In this document: piece after piece, positions 13,901 to 25,400 of the stretch
Position numbering within the stretch: position 1 is the stretch's first letter
Layout: the number at the start of each line of letters is the position of its first letter
From: Phoronis australis
Taxonomy: Eukaryota > Animalia > Phoronida
Length of the DNA: 64,000 nucleotides
Direction of reading: 5' to 3'
Assembly: GCA_002633005.1 (NCBI GenBank)
Contig: NMRA01000004.1
Span: forward strand, 2,273,935 to 2,337,934
Notes under the pieces: model-generated
Told to the model about the DNA's origin: nothing
Seen by the model: only the letters and a program-made list of their open reading frames with translations
The model's database searches: none
Position numbers and translations under genes: made by a program

Positions 13901-16900
13901 TGTGCGGTGTGAAGGTATGATTTTTTACTAATGGAATGTGAAGGTAATGCAAGAGCTAACTTTGATTTGCATCAGTAACATTGCACAGCTTAGTACAAGA
14001 GTTTTCAGTTATGCAGACGAATTCGTCTGTGAGTGCCTTTAGACTAAGCAAGCGTGTGGACTGTGATGTTCGAAAATTATATCATTATTCCTATGTATCA
14101 TGACCTCTTGAGAAACTGGTTCTAGAGTTGCATTGGGATGTTGAAAAATATAAATGCAATTTTATCATTCAAATATGTTCAAAAGAAATTAAGACTGCGT
14201 CCATCAGTACATCTAGGTAAGATTATATCTAGTTAAACATTCGTTTAATTCCTCGGACTGGTCGTGCGTTAAGTATCCAATTTACCCATGGTGCATGAGC
14301 GAACAAACTCCAAAGAGAAACAGGAGTACCATATACAAAGTTGTTTCCATGTACATGAATATTGCCGTCGGTCCTTCCTTTGTACGTTTCTAATGACTCT
14401 TAACGCGAGTTCTGACACTCGTGCAGCACTTAAACCCCCGAGTCGTGTATTGACCACCAGTGCTGTATTGGTAAAATTAGAGGTAAGTAGGCACCCAGAG
14501 CCCACCGCATCACCTTAAACACTGAACGTAAGTTACGGTGCCTAGTTCCTACGTTCAAATGCCAACGGGTTGTTGGCTGCGCCTACGTGCGCTTACACCC
14601 ACTACAGCACTGTTGGCCACTTCGTTTTCAGTGTCTGGTAACGTCACCACACGGGTTGGATGTTATTCCACCGTGCTTCACATTGACTGTGCTGGCAACG
14701 AAACTCACGGTGACGCCTTGATAGATGTTGTTTACGCCACTGTGGGTATCGACACCCCTGGCGTTTGTGGTGCAGCCCTTGGCGACAAATGTGACGCCGT
14801 CTCCCACGGTGTGATGGACGTGGTCAAAGAGAGGTGTAACTACAAGAGCTCGTGCAGCGTTCCTGTGAACTCCAATGTGACAGCTTCCTATTGCGTCAAC
14901 ACTACTATTCAACCATACCTAACAGTGGCGTATCGATGCAAAGGTAACTATTTTTATTTAAATTTTATTCGTTCATTCATATTAGGTCTTATCGGGAAAG
15001 TAATTAGTGCTCAGTGTTACTTGTTTACTGCGGGACTTTATCTGCAAGGGACAGAACTGACTGCATTATTGGCACTGGGAGTTTTAAAACGGCAGCCTTC
15101 CCTCTGAGAGCATGGCTATAAGATAATGCCAACTACGTGCCGTTCTTAGGGTGTTCGGCAACGTTCCCTCCTCCTTGCGACATGTTTGGTCCACGCCCGG
15201 CGACTTCTGTTATTCGATCCATGGGGCAACATGGCAGGATCTGAGGAACTCCAAGGATCATAATCTGGACTCGCTATGATTACCAAGATGAGAAGACTAG
15301 TCTATCAAAAGAGCGAACTGATTTCTTAGGCAACTTAACGCATTCACTTTAATGCCAGTAAGTCGTGAAATCGTGTTTATCGACTCAAGAACTCTACTGT
15401 GCTACTCGGGATTTACTATCAAGAAATTTCGTTATGGTTGCCTACATGTCCCTGAACTTTGAGAGATTGTTAATGTTAAGACAGTACGTTGAGTCAACGT
15501 ATGTTTTACAGAGTTTCGATGTAAAGATCCAGAAAGCATACCAAACGGCAGGCCTAGATTTAACAGCACTATGATCTTCTCTGGTGTAACTTATGTTTGT
15601 GAAAATGGCTACGAGATTTCTTCGGGTGATAAAAACCGAACTTGTCTTCCCAACGGTTCTTGGTCTGGGCAACTACCGACATGTAAAGGTCAGTCCGATA
15701 TACCTGGTGTGTCGTAATAGAAATACTCATTGCTTTTGTTTGTTGATTTTTGATACACTGCCACTGTTTCTTAGTGAGTTGACTGAAGTATGGATTTTCA
15801 CAGACATTTTTGAAGAATTTAGTTCAGTGAACATCCGCACAAGTAATTCAATTCCCTTTGCATGAACTGCAGATGTCTTCGCTGACAAGCCTATTGTGTT
15901 AAATGGATGTAAGTACCAATTGTTTCAGGTTGTTCCTGCTCTGTACCTTTACATATTCTATAAATCCGAGTTCCATTCAGGAAGCGAACGTTTGTTTTAG
16001 ATCCTTTATCACAATAACATTGGTCTCAACTTGATCTTTGTTCAAATGCAAAACGGTTTTAGATTTTACAAAGAACTTACAGTTTTTCATCATCTGAGAT
16101 AACGTTGGGCGCACGAGTTGAGATGGCATCGCAAACAATCTTGTAGAATCATCTCAAGCCACAACGGTCTGTCCGTTCATTTGGAATTTCGAAATCATCC
16201 CCAGTTTGAGTAAGGGACAATTGGAGACCAAGTTTAAAACGGTACGTGGTCTAAATCATTTTTGCCACGAAAGACGTCAGGCTTATAACGGTTTTCAATA
16301 TTGAAATCTGAAATATCTCTCAGCTAGAGGCGAGGCACTCGCCACATACATGTAGTGTGCATACATGTATATAGACTATACACGAACACACCAACTATCT
16401 TTAAAACATGATGATGCAATTAGCGGACTTTTGTTGGTTGTTGCTTTCATTTTAAGTACGTTTATTATGAAAACATACATCCCAAATAATAATCCTATAC
16501 CAGGTCACAGTTGCGGTGATCCGGGTGAAGCCCCTCACGCGTCGCGAAGTGGCAGCACCATTTTTCCTGGAAATATGACATATACGTGTGATGAAGGGTG
16601 GACGAAGAAGTCTGGTACTTACATAAGACAATGTATGGATTACAAAGAATGGTCTGGTTCGCTGTTGGAGTGCACACGTGAGTGTCGACTGGATACATCT
16701 GAAGAAAATAAAGTCGATTACCCCAATTCACGGACGATTTCTAATCTCAGAAACTTTGAGAAAGCCGCTGCTTGACTCTTATACACCTGCATCGACCTTT
16801 CTGTAACTTTCTAGATAGTTTGTCATTTTACACCATCTTCTGTGATGCTTTTTCTACCTAAATGCATCTTTAATCAACTGCCAATTTATAAATGCCTTTC

Positions 16901-19900
16901 TGCCTTAATCATCGTCTTCTGGTTTGAGCTGCGAGACCGTACACTGTACATGGCAGCTTCGTCAATTAAATCGGATTAGATGCTGCGTTTCAAAATCCCC
17001 ACTTCTGAAAATCAGTCTTATCTTATTTTCATTTGTGATGAGAGAACACCAGAATGACCGTTGGATTTTACGTCTTCATTTTTGTCAGGTGTTGAGTGTC
17101 TGAAGCTTTCGCAAGTGGATCATGGTGCTATACTTGGCGATGGAAGTTTATTTCAGGATATACTCGTTTACACGTGTGACCCCGGTTACAAACTAACTAC
17201 TACCGCAGAGACGAATTATACAAGGGTGTGCCAAGCTAACCGCACCTGGTCTGGTGAAATAACAGAATGTCGAAGTAAGACAGCTGTATCCTATTCTATT
17301 TTTTACCTAAGTTTGTCAACCCTATGTCTCGTTTTTTGATTATCGACATTGGCATAAAACCCTGAAAAATGTCTTTACTTGAGCGACAAAGAAAATGGAT
17401 GCAAAACTGTTTTTTTATCACCTGAGTGATTTCCTAGGGTGGGCATAGAACAGCTACAGTGTAAAACAAACGGGGAAAAACCGGAGACAAGTAACGCGTG
17501 TTTTAATATTCATGGGAGCTGATGCGATTTACTCCTCCGCAAAGTTTCACCTATCACTAAATTTGTGGGGGGCAAAATTTCAAAGCAAATTGTGATTATT
17601 GCAAGACGAGTTTTTTTGAAGAATACGATTTCCCCGGGCCATTGTAATCTATACCGCTGTATTGCTTCAGAAAAGAACTGCGGTTTGCCACCAGAGTTCA
17701 ACTACACACGAGTTGAGGGATCTTCGTACTTGTTCGGCGACGCAGTGACGTATTCCTGTATCTATCCATATGTCATGCTTGGTCTTGATGACAAGAAGTC
17801 ACTTTACTGTTCAGAGAACGGGACGTGGGCCGGAGCCATCCCAGTCTGTAATTGTAAGAATAATGTTCACACTTTTACTTTGACTCAGTTTCATTAGCTT
17901 ATCTTTAGATCGTCATTTTGGTCTGAGGTCAACAGAAGTTTTTCTCAACGGTGGTCTAGATGTGCTCCCTGCACACACGTAATAGGATGGGCATGCGTGC
18001 CCGTTTCCTTTCAAAGTACCCATTTGCACGGACTTGTGCATGTCTTCGTTACTTAAGTAATTTTGCACTTGGGTGGAAGTGCGGACGACTTCCCCCTGGT
18101 TCCTTCAAGCTTAGGAGACTTCTCTGAGTGAAACAGGATTTTTAAAGATATCCGTCTTGACACAATCATTCATCTTTTATTTGGTAAAACCAATCTTGAT
18201 TATGACTCTTGTCCTGACTCAGTGGGTGGATGTGGAGATCCTGGCTACGCTGTACACTCAACAAGGTCTGTTGAGAGTTTTAACCTCAACCAGACAGTAA
18301 CTTACACCTGCCGACCAGGTTACAGATGGTACGGCGTTGGCAGCCTTGTGAGGACGTGTTTCAAAGCAGGGTGGACGGGGAGTCCCCCAGAGTGTGATAG
18401 TAAGTTAATTGTTCTCATATATAAAGCTGGTTTATTTTCTTTGGTCAAATCAGACCAAAATTGATTGAAGTTCAACCTGCCCAAGTATACATGTACCTGT
18501 TAAACATGGTAATCGTTTTTACCGAGATATTTTCGATCGAGGCAATTTTTTAGATTTTAATCAATCACCTGCTGATCTTACAGCTTTTAGTTCATTGCTC
18601 CCAACTAAGTTGTTCCAAATGCAAGCTGACTATAGACGTGCAACTCTGGATAAAAAAGTCTAAGCGCGTAATTATAACCAGTTCAACATAGGCCTACTTA
18701 CGATCGTTTTAATGTTCCTGCTCATCTGTCAGCATTACGGTGCCTTACATGTACTTATCGACTTGTTACTACCACAATGAGCATTCTAGACGGAGATAGG
18801 TACTGTACATCCCCGTATCTTACCAGTAGTTTTCAATATTTTCTGGCCAGCGTCAACATTCAAAACAGTTTCTGCACAAAAAACCGCATCTACAGTACAT
18901 GTAAGTATCAATTCCTTTTTAACAAGAACAAGTTTCAATTCTGGCAAATTGTCGAAAACATCTCAACAGGTGCAGTTCCACACATTAGGTCGAAATTGCC
19001 ACAAATTCCTTGTATCTGAGTCCGTTCACACAATAAGAACGTGGTTGGATGCCCAATAAGGTTACATGTACATGTATGTAGAACTCTGTAAAATGACCAA
19101 CTTTGGCTGAGTTCGGAACATCACGTGAGATTCACGTGGAGCTTTCAGATTACTATGCTTCATATTCTGTTCTCTAAAAAGCTCTTAGGTTTGTTTTTAT
19201 AATGTTCCAGTTGTGTATGAGAAGCCATTAAAAATATGACTTAAGTACATGGTTTACTTAAAAGATCTTTAAATCTGAATTAAACGAAAACAATATGACA
19301 CTTTAGAAAACTACAGTAGACATTTAGATATGTCACATTTATATAAAATAAAATTATTGATTACTGATGTTTTACACTTAATGAATCATTTTTTACTAAA
19401 TTTTACAAAAAATAAATAGTGACTTGACAGATTGGTAAAAAGTCAAAAATCAGGCTTTCTACTTTCAGACTATGCTTTTACTGAGTTAAGATATAATGTT
19501 ATCTTGATGAATTGCAAATTGTACTTGTCGATAAGACACAACATTTTATGCAACGAAATTTTTGTTTCACTAAATTGCCAAATAACGCAGCAAAATGTCA
19601 GCGTCAAACACAATTCTCTCAAAGTCTGCATATTGTATGTTGAAAACGATAGAACAGTCATCGCCAGGAAAAAGAAAACCCGGTCGGCAAACGAAGGGCT
19701 TTCGGGTACGCTTTCCCTCCAAAAATAGGGTTGGTCACCCCCTAGGCATACAAGATCCCTCATTGGGTAAGACATAAAGTGTGGGTTTATGTAATTTCAT
19801 AGGTACATGAAAGTAGTATCTTACTTCATTCACAATGTTTTTACACATAAAAACGCGCACGCGCACGCACACGCACGCACGCACGCACAATCACATTAAC

Positions 19901-22406
19901 TTCCGCCGTAAGTGTTCTGGCGTGTTTTTGTGCTATTCATGACCATTTCTACAGTGTACTGTACATGTATATCTAAAAGAAAAAGATGGTTCCTAAGTTT
20001 TTGTATCCATCTAGGTATACGCTGTGGTGAACCGCCTCCCGTGAATAACAGCATTCGCTACGGGACTAGATTTGACTATCCGAGTTCCCTAACGTACGCA
20101 TGCAACATAGGATATGAAATTATTAGCGGAAGCTCACGAAGGGCGTGCACAGAAAGTTCATCTTGGACGGGGGAGCCCCCCGTATGTGAACGTAAGTTTC
20201 AAAAACAACAAACATGCGAGCTTGGAAGGGTTCGATTTGGTTATCTCCCCTCAGATTGTGGTTTGGCGACATTCGTTGGGTTCGCCAGTTTTCCCCTTCA
20301 GGTATGTCGTTTGTTTCATTGTGGGCTCTTACAAACGTGGTTTGAGGACCTTTGTCTGAGTTTTGCGTGAGGGGAATTTTCTCAGGTCGCCTTTGGCAAA
20401 CTGAAACTGAGCTAAACTTCCTGTAACAAGATGCTCTGCTCTTTGACATACGTTATACTGTCATTCACATAATTTCACACCAGCTCTCGCCGTGATCGAG
20501 TTTTTCCCGCGAATACATACCTGTACCATGCGCGCACCCAAGGGGGGGGGGCTCGGGGGCTCGAANGGGGGCTCGAACGAGCCCCCGTTTGACGAATTGT
20601 GTAAAAAGGTCCGCCTCAGAGAAACAAAAAGTCCGAGAAAACGAGAAAAAAGTCCGCTTAAATTGCGCAGACGCACAGTTCACGGACCTGAAGGTGGTAC
20701 CCCGTTCTTTTTAGTCCTTCCGCTTTTTTGTTAGCACAATGTCCACTTTGTCAGAGATTCGAGCCCTCATATTAAATGTTGGGTGCGCACATGTGTACAA
20801 CTTTCGTACTGTCACTATGGTGCTATGGTAACAGGGTATTTCATGTATTGTGAGAATCAAATTGTATGCTAGTCAAAGTACACCTTGGCAGGTCTTGCCT
20901 GTCGATTTCTTGGATACAATACATGTAAATGGTACCCTTAACATATTTTACAATAAATTAACAGGTGTCAACTGTGGACCACCAGAAAAGACCATCGAAG
21001 GCGTCATTGTGCGTGGCTCGAAGTTTCAGCTGGGTGACATAATTACGTATGACTGTAAACCTGGCTATTTCTACCTCGCGGGCGACTACAACAGGACTTG
21101 TCGACCTGACAAAAGATGGAGTGGCGTAACGATGAGATGTCGAAGTAATTAATTTATTAAGAAACTGATAGCACAACTTAATAATTTATATTGGGCAAAA
21201 GTAAGCATTCAACAAAACAAGTTTCGATATAATATACTCCACGATGCATCGAAGTAGCGCAATATCTCGCTCATATTGTTCAGTGCACAAATAAGAATTT
21301 CGTTTTCAGCAAGAAATTTGTTAAGTCTTTTCCGGATAGAGCGCTTGTGAATGTGTGCCCATACACGCAAATTTAGTTTCTGAATAACTTTTTACACATA
21401 AATAGTTCGCATATTTCATTATTTTCGCCGCTTTCCTTAACACTTTTTGGTCGCTACAATGATATTTTAATAGCTCAACACGTTTTCTTCTAATCAGAGA
21501 AGGACTGTGGAGCTCCAACTGTAGTCCCCAGCACTCGTCGCTATGGGAATTCTTATCTCTTTGGTGACATCATTCTGTACACCTGTTTCACTGGATACAA
21601 TTTAACCAACGGAAGTCTGGTGAAGACGTGTACCGAAAACGGGACCTGGAGTAAAGATGACCCGCTATGTACAGGTAGGACTCGCGCAGACGTGCTGTAG
21701 ATTTCCGTATTCTACATGCGTCCAAGTATCTGACGAATGACATGATGCTCAGCGAAGCCGTTCAGAGGCTCCTAAGCCAACACCAAGCTGTCATATAGAA
21801 TGGTATAAGCTATCTGTGGCATCTTCTGTTGTCATTTATATTACCATTCAAACTCATTGTTCGAAGTGGAACAAGTTTCAAGTTTGGAAGTAATTTACTT
21901 TGGCAAAATGAAGGTACATCCCATTCCATATGCTCAAAGTACCTCAAGTAAACGCTATTTTCCGATATCCCACGTGACAAAGCTGATAGTATTCATGCCA
22001 GTTGCTTAAGGTACAACTCAATAATAGCTGATTGCAATCGCTGGCACAGGATTATATACTTTAGTAAACTTAGAGACCTTGTCTACCATCAATGGTTATT
22101 TCCTTTATTTCAGCGCTACCTGGACCACCACCAAACGAGAGAAAGGCAGTTTGGAAGACGCTACCAAAAGCAGAAGCTTCCGGCTCCCCATATATTGGGG
22201 CGTTAGCCATAGGTCTAATTGTAGGACTGGTATCTTTCATCGTAGTTCTTGATTTGGTTACAATTCAAAGGCAGCTGCCGATTTTGAAGCATAACCTTAG
22301 CTGTGGATTAGACCGCTTCAATGACTGGCTGGATAGAACTAAGGGGTCACCATTAGATGACAGCGAAGATGTTGTAGATTTCACTGACCTCCATATGATG
22401 TACTGA
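1896..22406 (+). CDS. Mosaic type-I membrane protein, ~1967 aa: SP-LamG-LamG-FReD-(CCP)x10-SUEL lectin-(CCP)x8-TM-cytoplasmic tail (26 coding exons)
   Basis: Hand-spliced join: 1896-1907, 2823-2883, 3595-4947, 5264-5409, 6054-6321, 7116-7367, 7823-8005, 8511-8687, 8831-9007, 9295-9471, 9893-10069, 10842-11018, 11557-11733, 12389-12565, 12703-12879, 13738-13914, 14632-14943, 15512-15688, 16504-16677, 17089-17274, 17671-17853, 18223-18399, 20015-20191, 20965-21144, 21498-21674, 22114-22406. All introns are GT-AG, phases are consistent, the total is 5904 nt (divisible by 3) and I saw no internal stop. Confidence 0.88.
2823..2883 (+). CDS. Gene 1 signal-peptide exon (KPVQCVAVLLILFGTTVQYC)
   Basis: Polypyrimidine tract plus AG at 2821-2822, hydrophobic core, phase-1 donor G|gtaagt. 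Confidence 0.8.
3595..4947 (+). CDS. Gene 1 exon: two tandem LamG-like (concanavalin A/pentraxin fold, Laminin_G_3-type) domains
   Basis: 1353-nt open exon with two repeats starting WPLN..DVS..NH and WPMN..DIS..NH, containing WQFIAVTYD / WHFVSARY, and ending LSCLQLY..L....RNRC / ISCLVMF....RDRC. Confidence 0.88.
5264..5409 (+). CDS. Gene 1 exon: fibrinogen C-terminal domain, part 1
   Basis: RDCQDI...SGKYLI...VFCDM..GRWT; AG/GT boundaries. Confidence 0.9.
6054..6321 (+). CDS. Gene 1 exon: fibrinogen C-terminal domain, part 2
   Basis: LMRRVDGSVSFNR...YQHGFG....YWMGL...WAEY......FYELRV. Confidence 0.92.
6410..6670. repeat. Dispersed repeat (probable non-autonomous DNA element); inverted copy at ~32030-32290
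   Basis: Shared blocks gttactgaata, gtg(g/a)ttctctgccact(a/g)aaac and cttcgtcgatttttc occur in reverse complement at ~32030-32290; a fragment also lies near 53295. Confidence 0.55.
7116..7367 (+). CDS. Gene 1 exon: fibrinogen C-terminal domain, part 3
   Basis: FSTLDWDND..NCA..HGGGWWY...LMVR. Confidence 0.9.
7451..7585. repeat. 2.7 exact tandem copies of a 50-bp self-palindromic unit
   Basis: Unit CATG-TACATGTAGGTATTATGGTGA-tcat-TCACCATAATACCTACATGTA at 7451, 7501 and 7551 (partial). Confidence 0.95.
7823..8005 (+). CDS. Gene 1 CCP/sushi exon 1
   Basis: CPEP...CETGY...C.....WSHTC; phase 1-1. Confidence 0.85.
8511..8687 (+). CDS. Gene 1 CCP exon 2
   Basis: CGRP...YSCDYGY...CRHDGTWSGIPPLC; 177 nt, phase 1-1. 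Confidence 0.9.
8831..9007 (+). CDS. Gene 1 CCP exon 3
   Basis: CGDPG...YQCHTGH...CLASGLWTGAPPVC. Confidence 0.9.
9295..9471 (+). CDS. Gene 1 CCP exon 4
   Basis: CGDPG...YKCIHGY...CEANGLWTNIPIEC. Confidence 0.9.
9893..10069 (+). CDS. Gene 1 CCP exon 5
   Basis: CSFP...HQCLEGY...CLADKTWDGDPLEC. Confidence 0.9.
10842..11018 (+). CDS. Gene 1 CCP exon 6
   Basis: CGFP...YTCNAGY...CQSSGNWTGMPLVC. Confidence 0.9.
11557..11733 (+). CDS. Gene 1 CCP exon 7
   Basis: CGEPG...YSCFQGY...CNESKKWSGQRPIC. Confidence 0.9.
12389..12565 (+). CDS. Gene 1 CCP exon 8
   Basis: CGRP...YFCADGY...CGSSGQWSGEPLVC. Confidence 0.9.
12703..12879 (+). CDS. Gene 1 CCP exon 9
   Basis: CGEL...YWCMTGY...CTANKTWSGQALSC. Confidence 0.9.
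13738..13914 (+). CDS. Gene 1 CCP exon 10
   Basis: CGQPP...YFCLPGF...CLDNKTWSGQNVRC. Confidence 0.9.
14632..14943 (+). CDS. Gene 1 exon: SUEL-type (Gal/rhamnose-binding lectin fold) domain
   Basis: Eight-Cys pattern CY...LHIDC...IDVVYATVG...C...C...VKERCNYKSSCSVPVN...C...YLTVAYRC; 312 nt, phase 1-1. Confidence 0.85.
15512..15688 (+). CDS. Gene 1 CCP exon 11
   Basis: CKDP..IPNG...YVCENGY...CLPNGSWSGQLPTC. Confidence 0.9.
16504..16677 (+). CDS. Gene 1 CCP exon 12
   Basis: CGDPG...YTCDEGW...CMDYKEWSGSLLEC. Confidence 0.9.
17089..17274 (+). CDS. Gene 1 CCP exon 13
   Basis: CLKL...YTCDPGY...CQANRTWSGEITEC. Confidence 0.9.
17671..17853 (+). CDS. Gene 1 CCP exon 14
   Basis: CGLPP...YSCIYPY...CSENGTWAGAIPVC. 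Confidence 0.9.
18223..18399 (+). CDS. Gene 1 CCP exon 15
   Basis: CGDPG...YTCRPGY...CFKAGWTGSPPEC. Confidence 0.9.
20015..20191 (+). CDS. Gene 1 CCP exon 16
   Basis: CGEPP...YACNIGY...CTESSSWTGEPPVC. Confidence 0.9.
20527..20793. mobile_element. MITE, 267 bp, 14-bp TIR, 5-bp TSD (hAT5-like)
   Basis: TGTAC|CATGCGCGCACCCA...TGGGTGCGCACATG|TGTAC with a G-run subterminal; a related internal fragment (aaaaaggtccgcctca) lies near 37700. Confidence 0.8.
20965..21144 (+). CDS. Gene 1 CCP exon 17
   Basis: CGPP...YDCKPGY...CRPDKRWSGVTMRC. Confidence 0.9.
21498..21674 (+). CDS. Gene 1 CCP exon 18
   Basis: CGAP...YTCFTGY...CTENGTWSKDDPLC. Confidence 0.9.
22114..22406 (+). CDS. Gene 1 terminal exon: stalk, TM helix, cytoplasmic tail
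   Basis: YIGALAIGLIVGLVSFIVVL hydrophobic helix, then DLVT...DDSEDVVDFTDLHMMY*. Confidence 0.85.
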
Positions 22407-25400
22407 CTACCTATGACAACTCCAAAGGAAATGGGTGAATTTTGGTCTGTGGTGGTATAGTCGAGTTCATGCCAGTTTGTTTTTTCTGGCAAGCAACGAC
22501 CTTCTCCAGAGTTACCCGTAAAGTCGACAATTCCCCATTTTGATTGTGCACGAAGAAAATGGATAAATGATTCATGTACAATGTACATAATCATACCGCT
22601 TACAGACCTTGATACACCAAGACTATGGTAGGGAGGTTCTTTTACCCCACGTGGTCTTTTAGTAAGTCAAAGGAATTGCGGCGACAGCACGTTACGCCTC
22701 AGCCATTCAGCTAGCCAAGCCTATGTCATAGAGGCGTGCCCGAGTTGAGTGAGCGTGTGAATCTTTGTTACAATGTAGAGCGCCTATAATTGTTTTCACA
22801 AGTTTATATTTAATGCATTGGAAACCAAAATGGCAATGCGCTGTCTGCACGTGATCAGTGTGAGTGGGATGTAATTTGTAAACACAACCTACAAGTCATG
22901 CGTCCCTTTACTTTATAACTTCAAATGTAATCACCCAGCGCGTGGATATCAAATTAATCATAATGATCTTCTCATGGTGTTCTTGAAGCCATTTTTTGAA
23001 ATTTGAAATGCCCCCTGTGTAAAAGTCCCTGTCATTTAGACAAAATTGATTTAATGTCAAAGATCTGCAGACGAGTAAACTAGTAGAACATGGCAATGTA
23101 GATTAGGATATTACAGTATATGCTCGAGATTGAAGTTGTTATACACATGTATGTATGTATATTACATGTTTTTTAGAAAGGCAAAACATAATTGAAGCCA
23201 TAAAGACTCAATTTTCATCTTGATGTCCGCCTACAGGTACAGGCCCGCATTTGACTGTGAATCGGAAGTGATACTATATACAGGAAGCGACCAAAATAAT
23301 CCGAATCATACGTTAAAATAAGCGAAAACACGTGTGAAACATTTATTTTAAACTTTACGAATTGTGTCTGTATTGCTATCGTTACAACATTTGCAGTTGC
23401 CAAAATCTCGCTTCTATAGCAGAAGTGTATCAACAACGAATCGCGTGTTACAGTTACAGACTCGCTGTTCCATATACATGCAATAGTCTCCGTAATAACG
23501 ATTGCGATGCTTGCCTGCCTAATCCATTTTGTTGTCAGAAAAGAGAATGGAACAAAAAGGTACATGTATTACCTGTTACAGGACGTTGTTGGTTTCTTAA
23601 GCCTAAAAAGCGTTTTATCATGTTTTCGCACCTTGTATTTAACGAAATGCAATTTTTCAATGATTGGGATTTCAACGACGGTGACACCATATTAGTGTAA
23701 GAGTACATGTACTATAAAGCAAAGCCATACACATAAACGATCGAACTTGGAAGGATTTACCCCGAGAACATTAATTACCGTAACATCTTTAATTTGAGTG
23801 CAATCAGATGAACCTAATTTGGTCACTATTAATCGATCCGTGTCGTTTGTGGGAAAAGCGCCGCCAATTCACGTATTGTATTCGCTGCCTATCAAGGCCA
23901 CATTTTGTTTTTGAGTAAATTGTCTGCATGAAAAAACTTACAGTCATATTCCATTTGCAGCGTTGTGGTGAAATGATACACACGTGGGGTAAGGCCTGTC
24001 CATTCCCCTGCCGGAAATCGTCTGAATATACAATGTATGGTTGTCACCGCTTCAGATTTGACCAGCTTTAATAGTATCCACAAGTGAGTTTAAAGATTAT
24101 GACCATACCTTCTTAGGGTCTGGGGAGCAGGGGATCACTGTTAGCAACAACACTGCATGGACTCTTAGCGCGTTATACTATGTTGCCTTGTACATCAAAT
24201 AGCCCAACTGGAGCCGGATTCTTTTGCTTGAAGATGCCTCATACGGGAGCGTCTAATGCATGGTTCTCAAGCATGCACTGTACATTTTCCGCTTCCGAAA
24301 AGGTTTATAAACTCTGCATTGGGTTTGTAATTATTTCATGGCAACATGGCTAGTTTGAATGCATGCCGAGAAATGTGCAGTGCTGCTGCTCGTACGAAAG
24401 CCCGTTGTCTTGTGTACAGGTGGGCTTTTTCGTGAGGTTACTAGTGACGGGAGCTTTGACGCTTGTCCGCGTCGTCACTCGTTATCCCTTGCATCTCCTT
24501 TTTGTCGCTAGTTATCACGGAGTTTCCGCCATCTCCCATGAAGAAGGACATGGATTTCAGTTGCCAGACAAGCGTTCTCTCCAATTTATGTATAGCCTAC
24601 CGAAAATAATATTTGCATGATCTGTTGCTGCCGACGTTGCCTTATACAAATCCCAATGGACATTTCATTAACAGTCCTGTCATCGCTCTCAACATCTCTT
24701 TCACGTTTAATTAAATGCCATTTCTAGCAGTCACTTTAACTGACATATGCATTGCTTGCTCGTATCCTTTGACCCGTCATCTTTTGGAGAATGGGAGTCC
24801 TTGTGTGACAAGTTCAGACAAAATTAACCCGAGAACATGCCATTCAAGGAAATTAATTGTCTACCATACATACTGTAACAGAGCGGTACTTTCTTGGGTG
24901 TATTGAACAAAACAACCTTTGGAAACTCCGTTAATTGACACATTCTGTTTCGCTCATCAATTCAACAAATTCTCTTAAAACAACTTAACATTATAATGAG
25001 AGATAAAGTAAAGTTTTGTGTGAATTGATCAAGATATACCATCAGCCATTAGGGACGATGGAAAATGAATTAAAGTTTATTGAAGATGACTGGATCAGCG
25101 TCGGGCGGATATAAAATTGTAGTTAAAAATCTTATGTTTAGATCTCCGCTGTTCCCTTAAAGGGATGGTAGACTGGTTGATTTACAATTTAGAAACGACT
25201 TTTGCTTTGTTATATTTGTGCACATGTACATATATTCGGATTATTAAGTAACGACTCGCCGTAACTTAAGGTGGCTTCGAGTCGACCCTAGTCTCCTTAG
25301 CCATTGATGAAGTACTACAACACATTTAATAATTTCAAGACGCTGAAGTGCCTCCTAGTGGTTATTTATGTAACTGAATGTCATCGACATGACTGAATTT

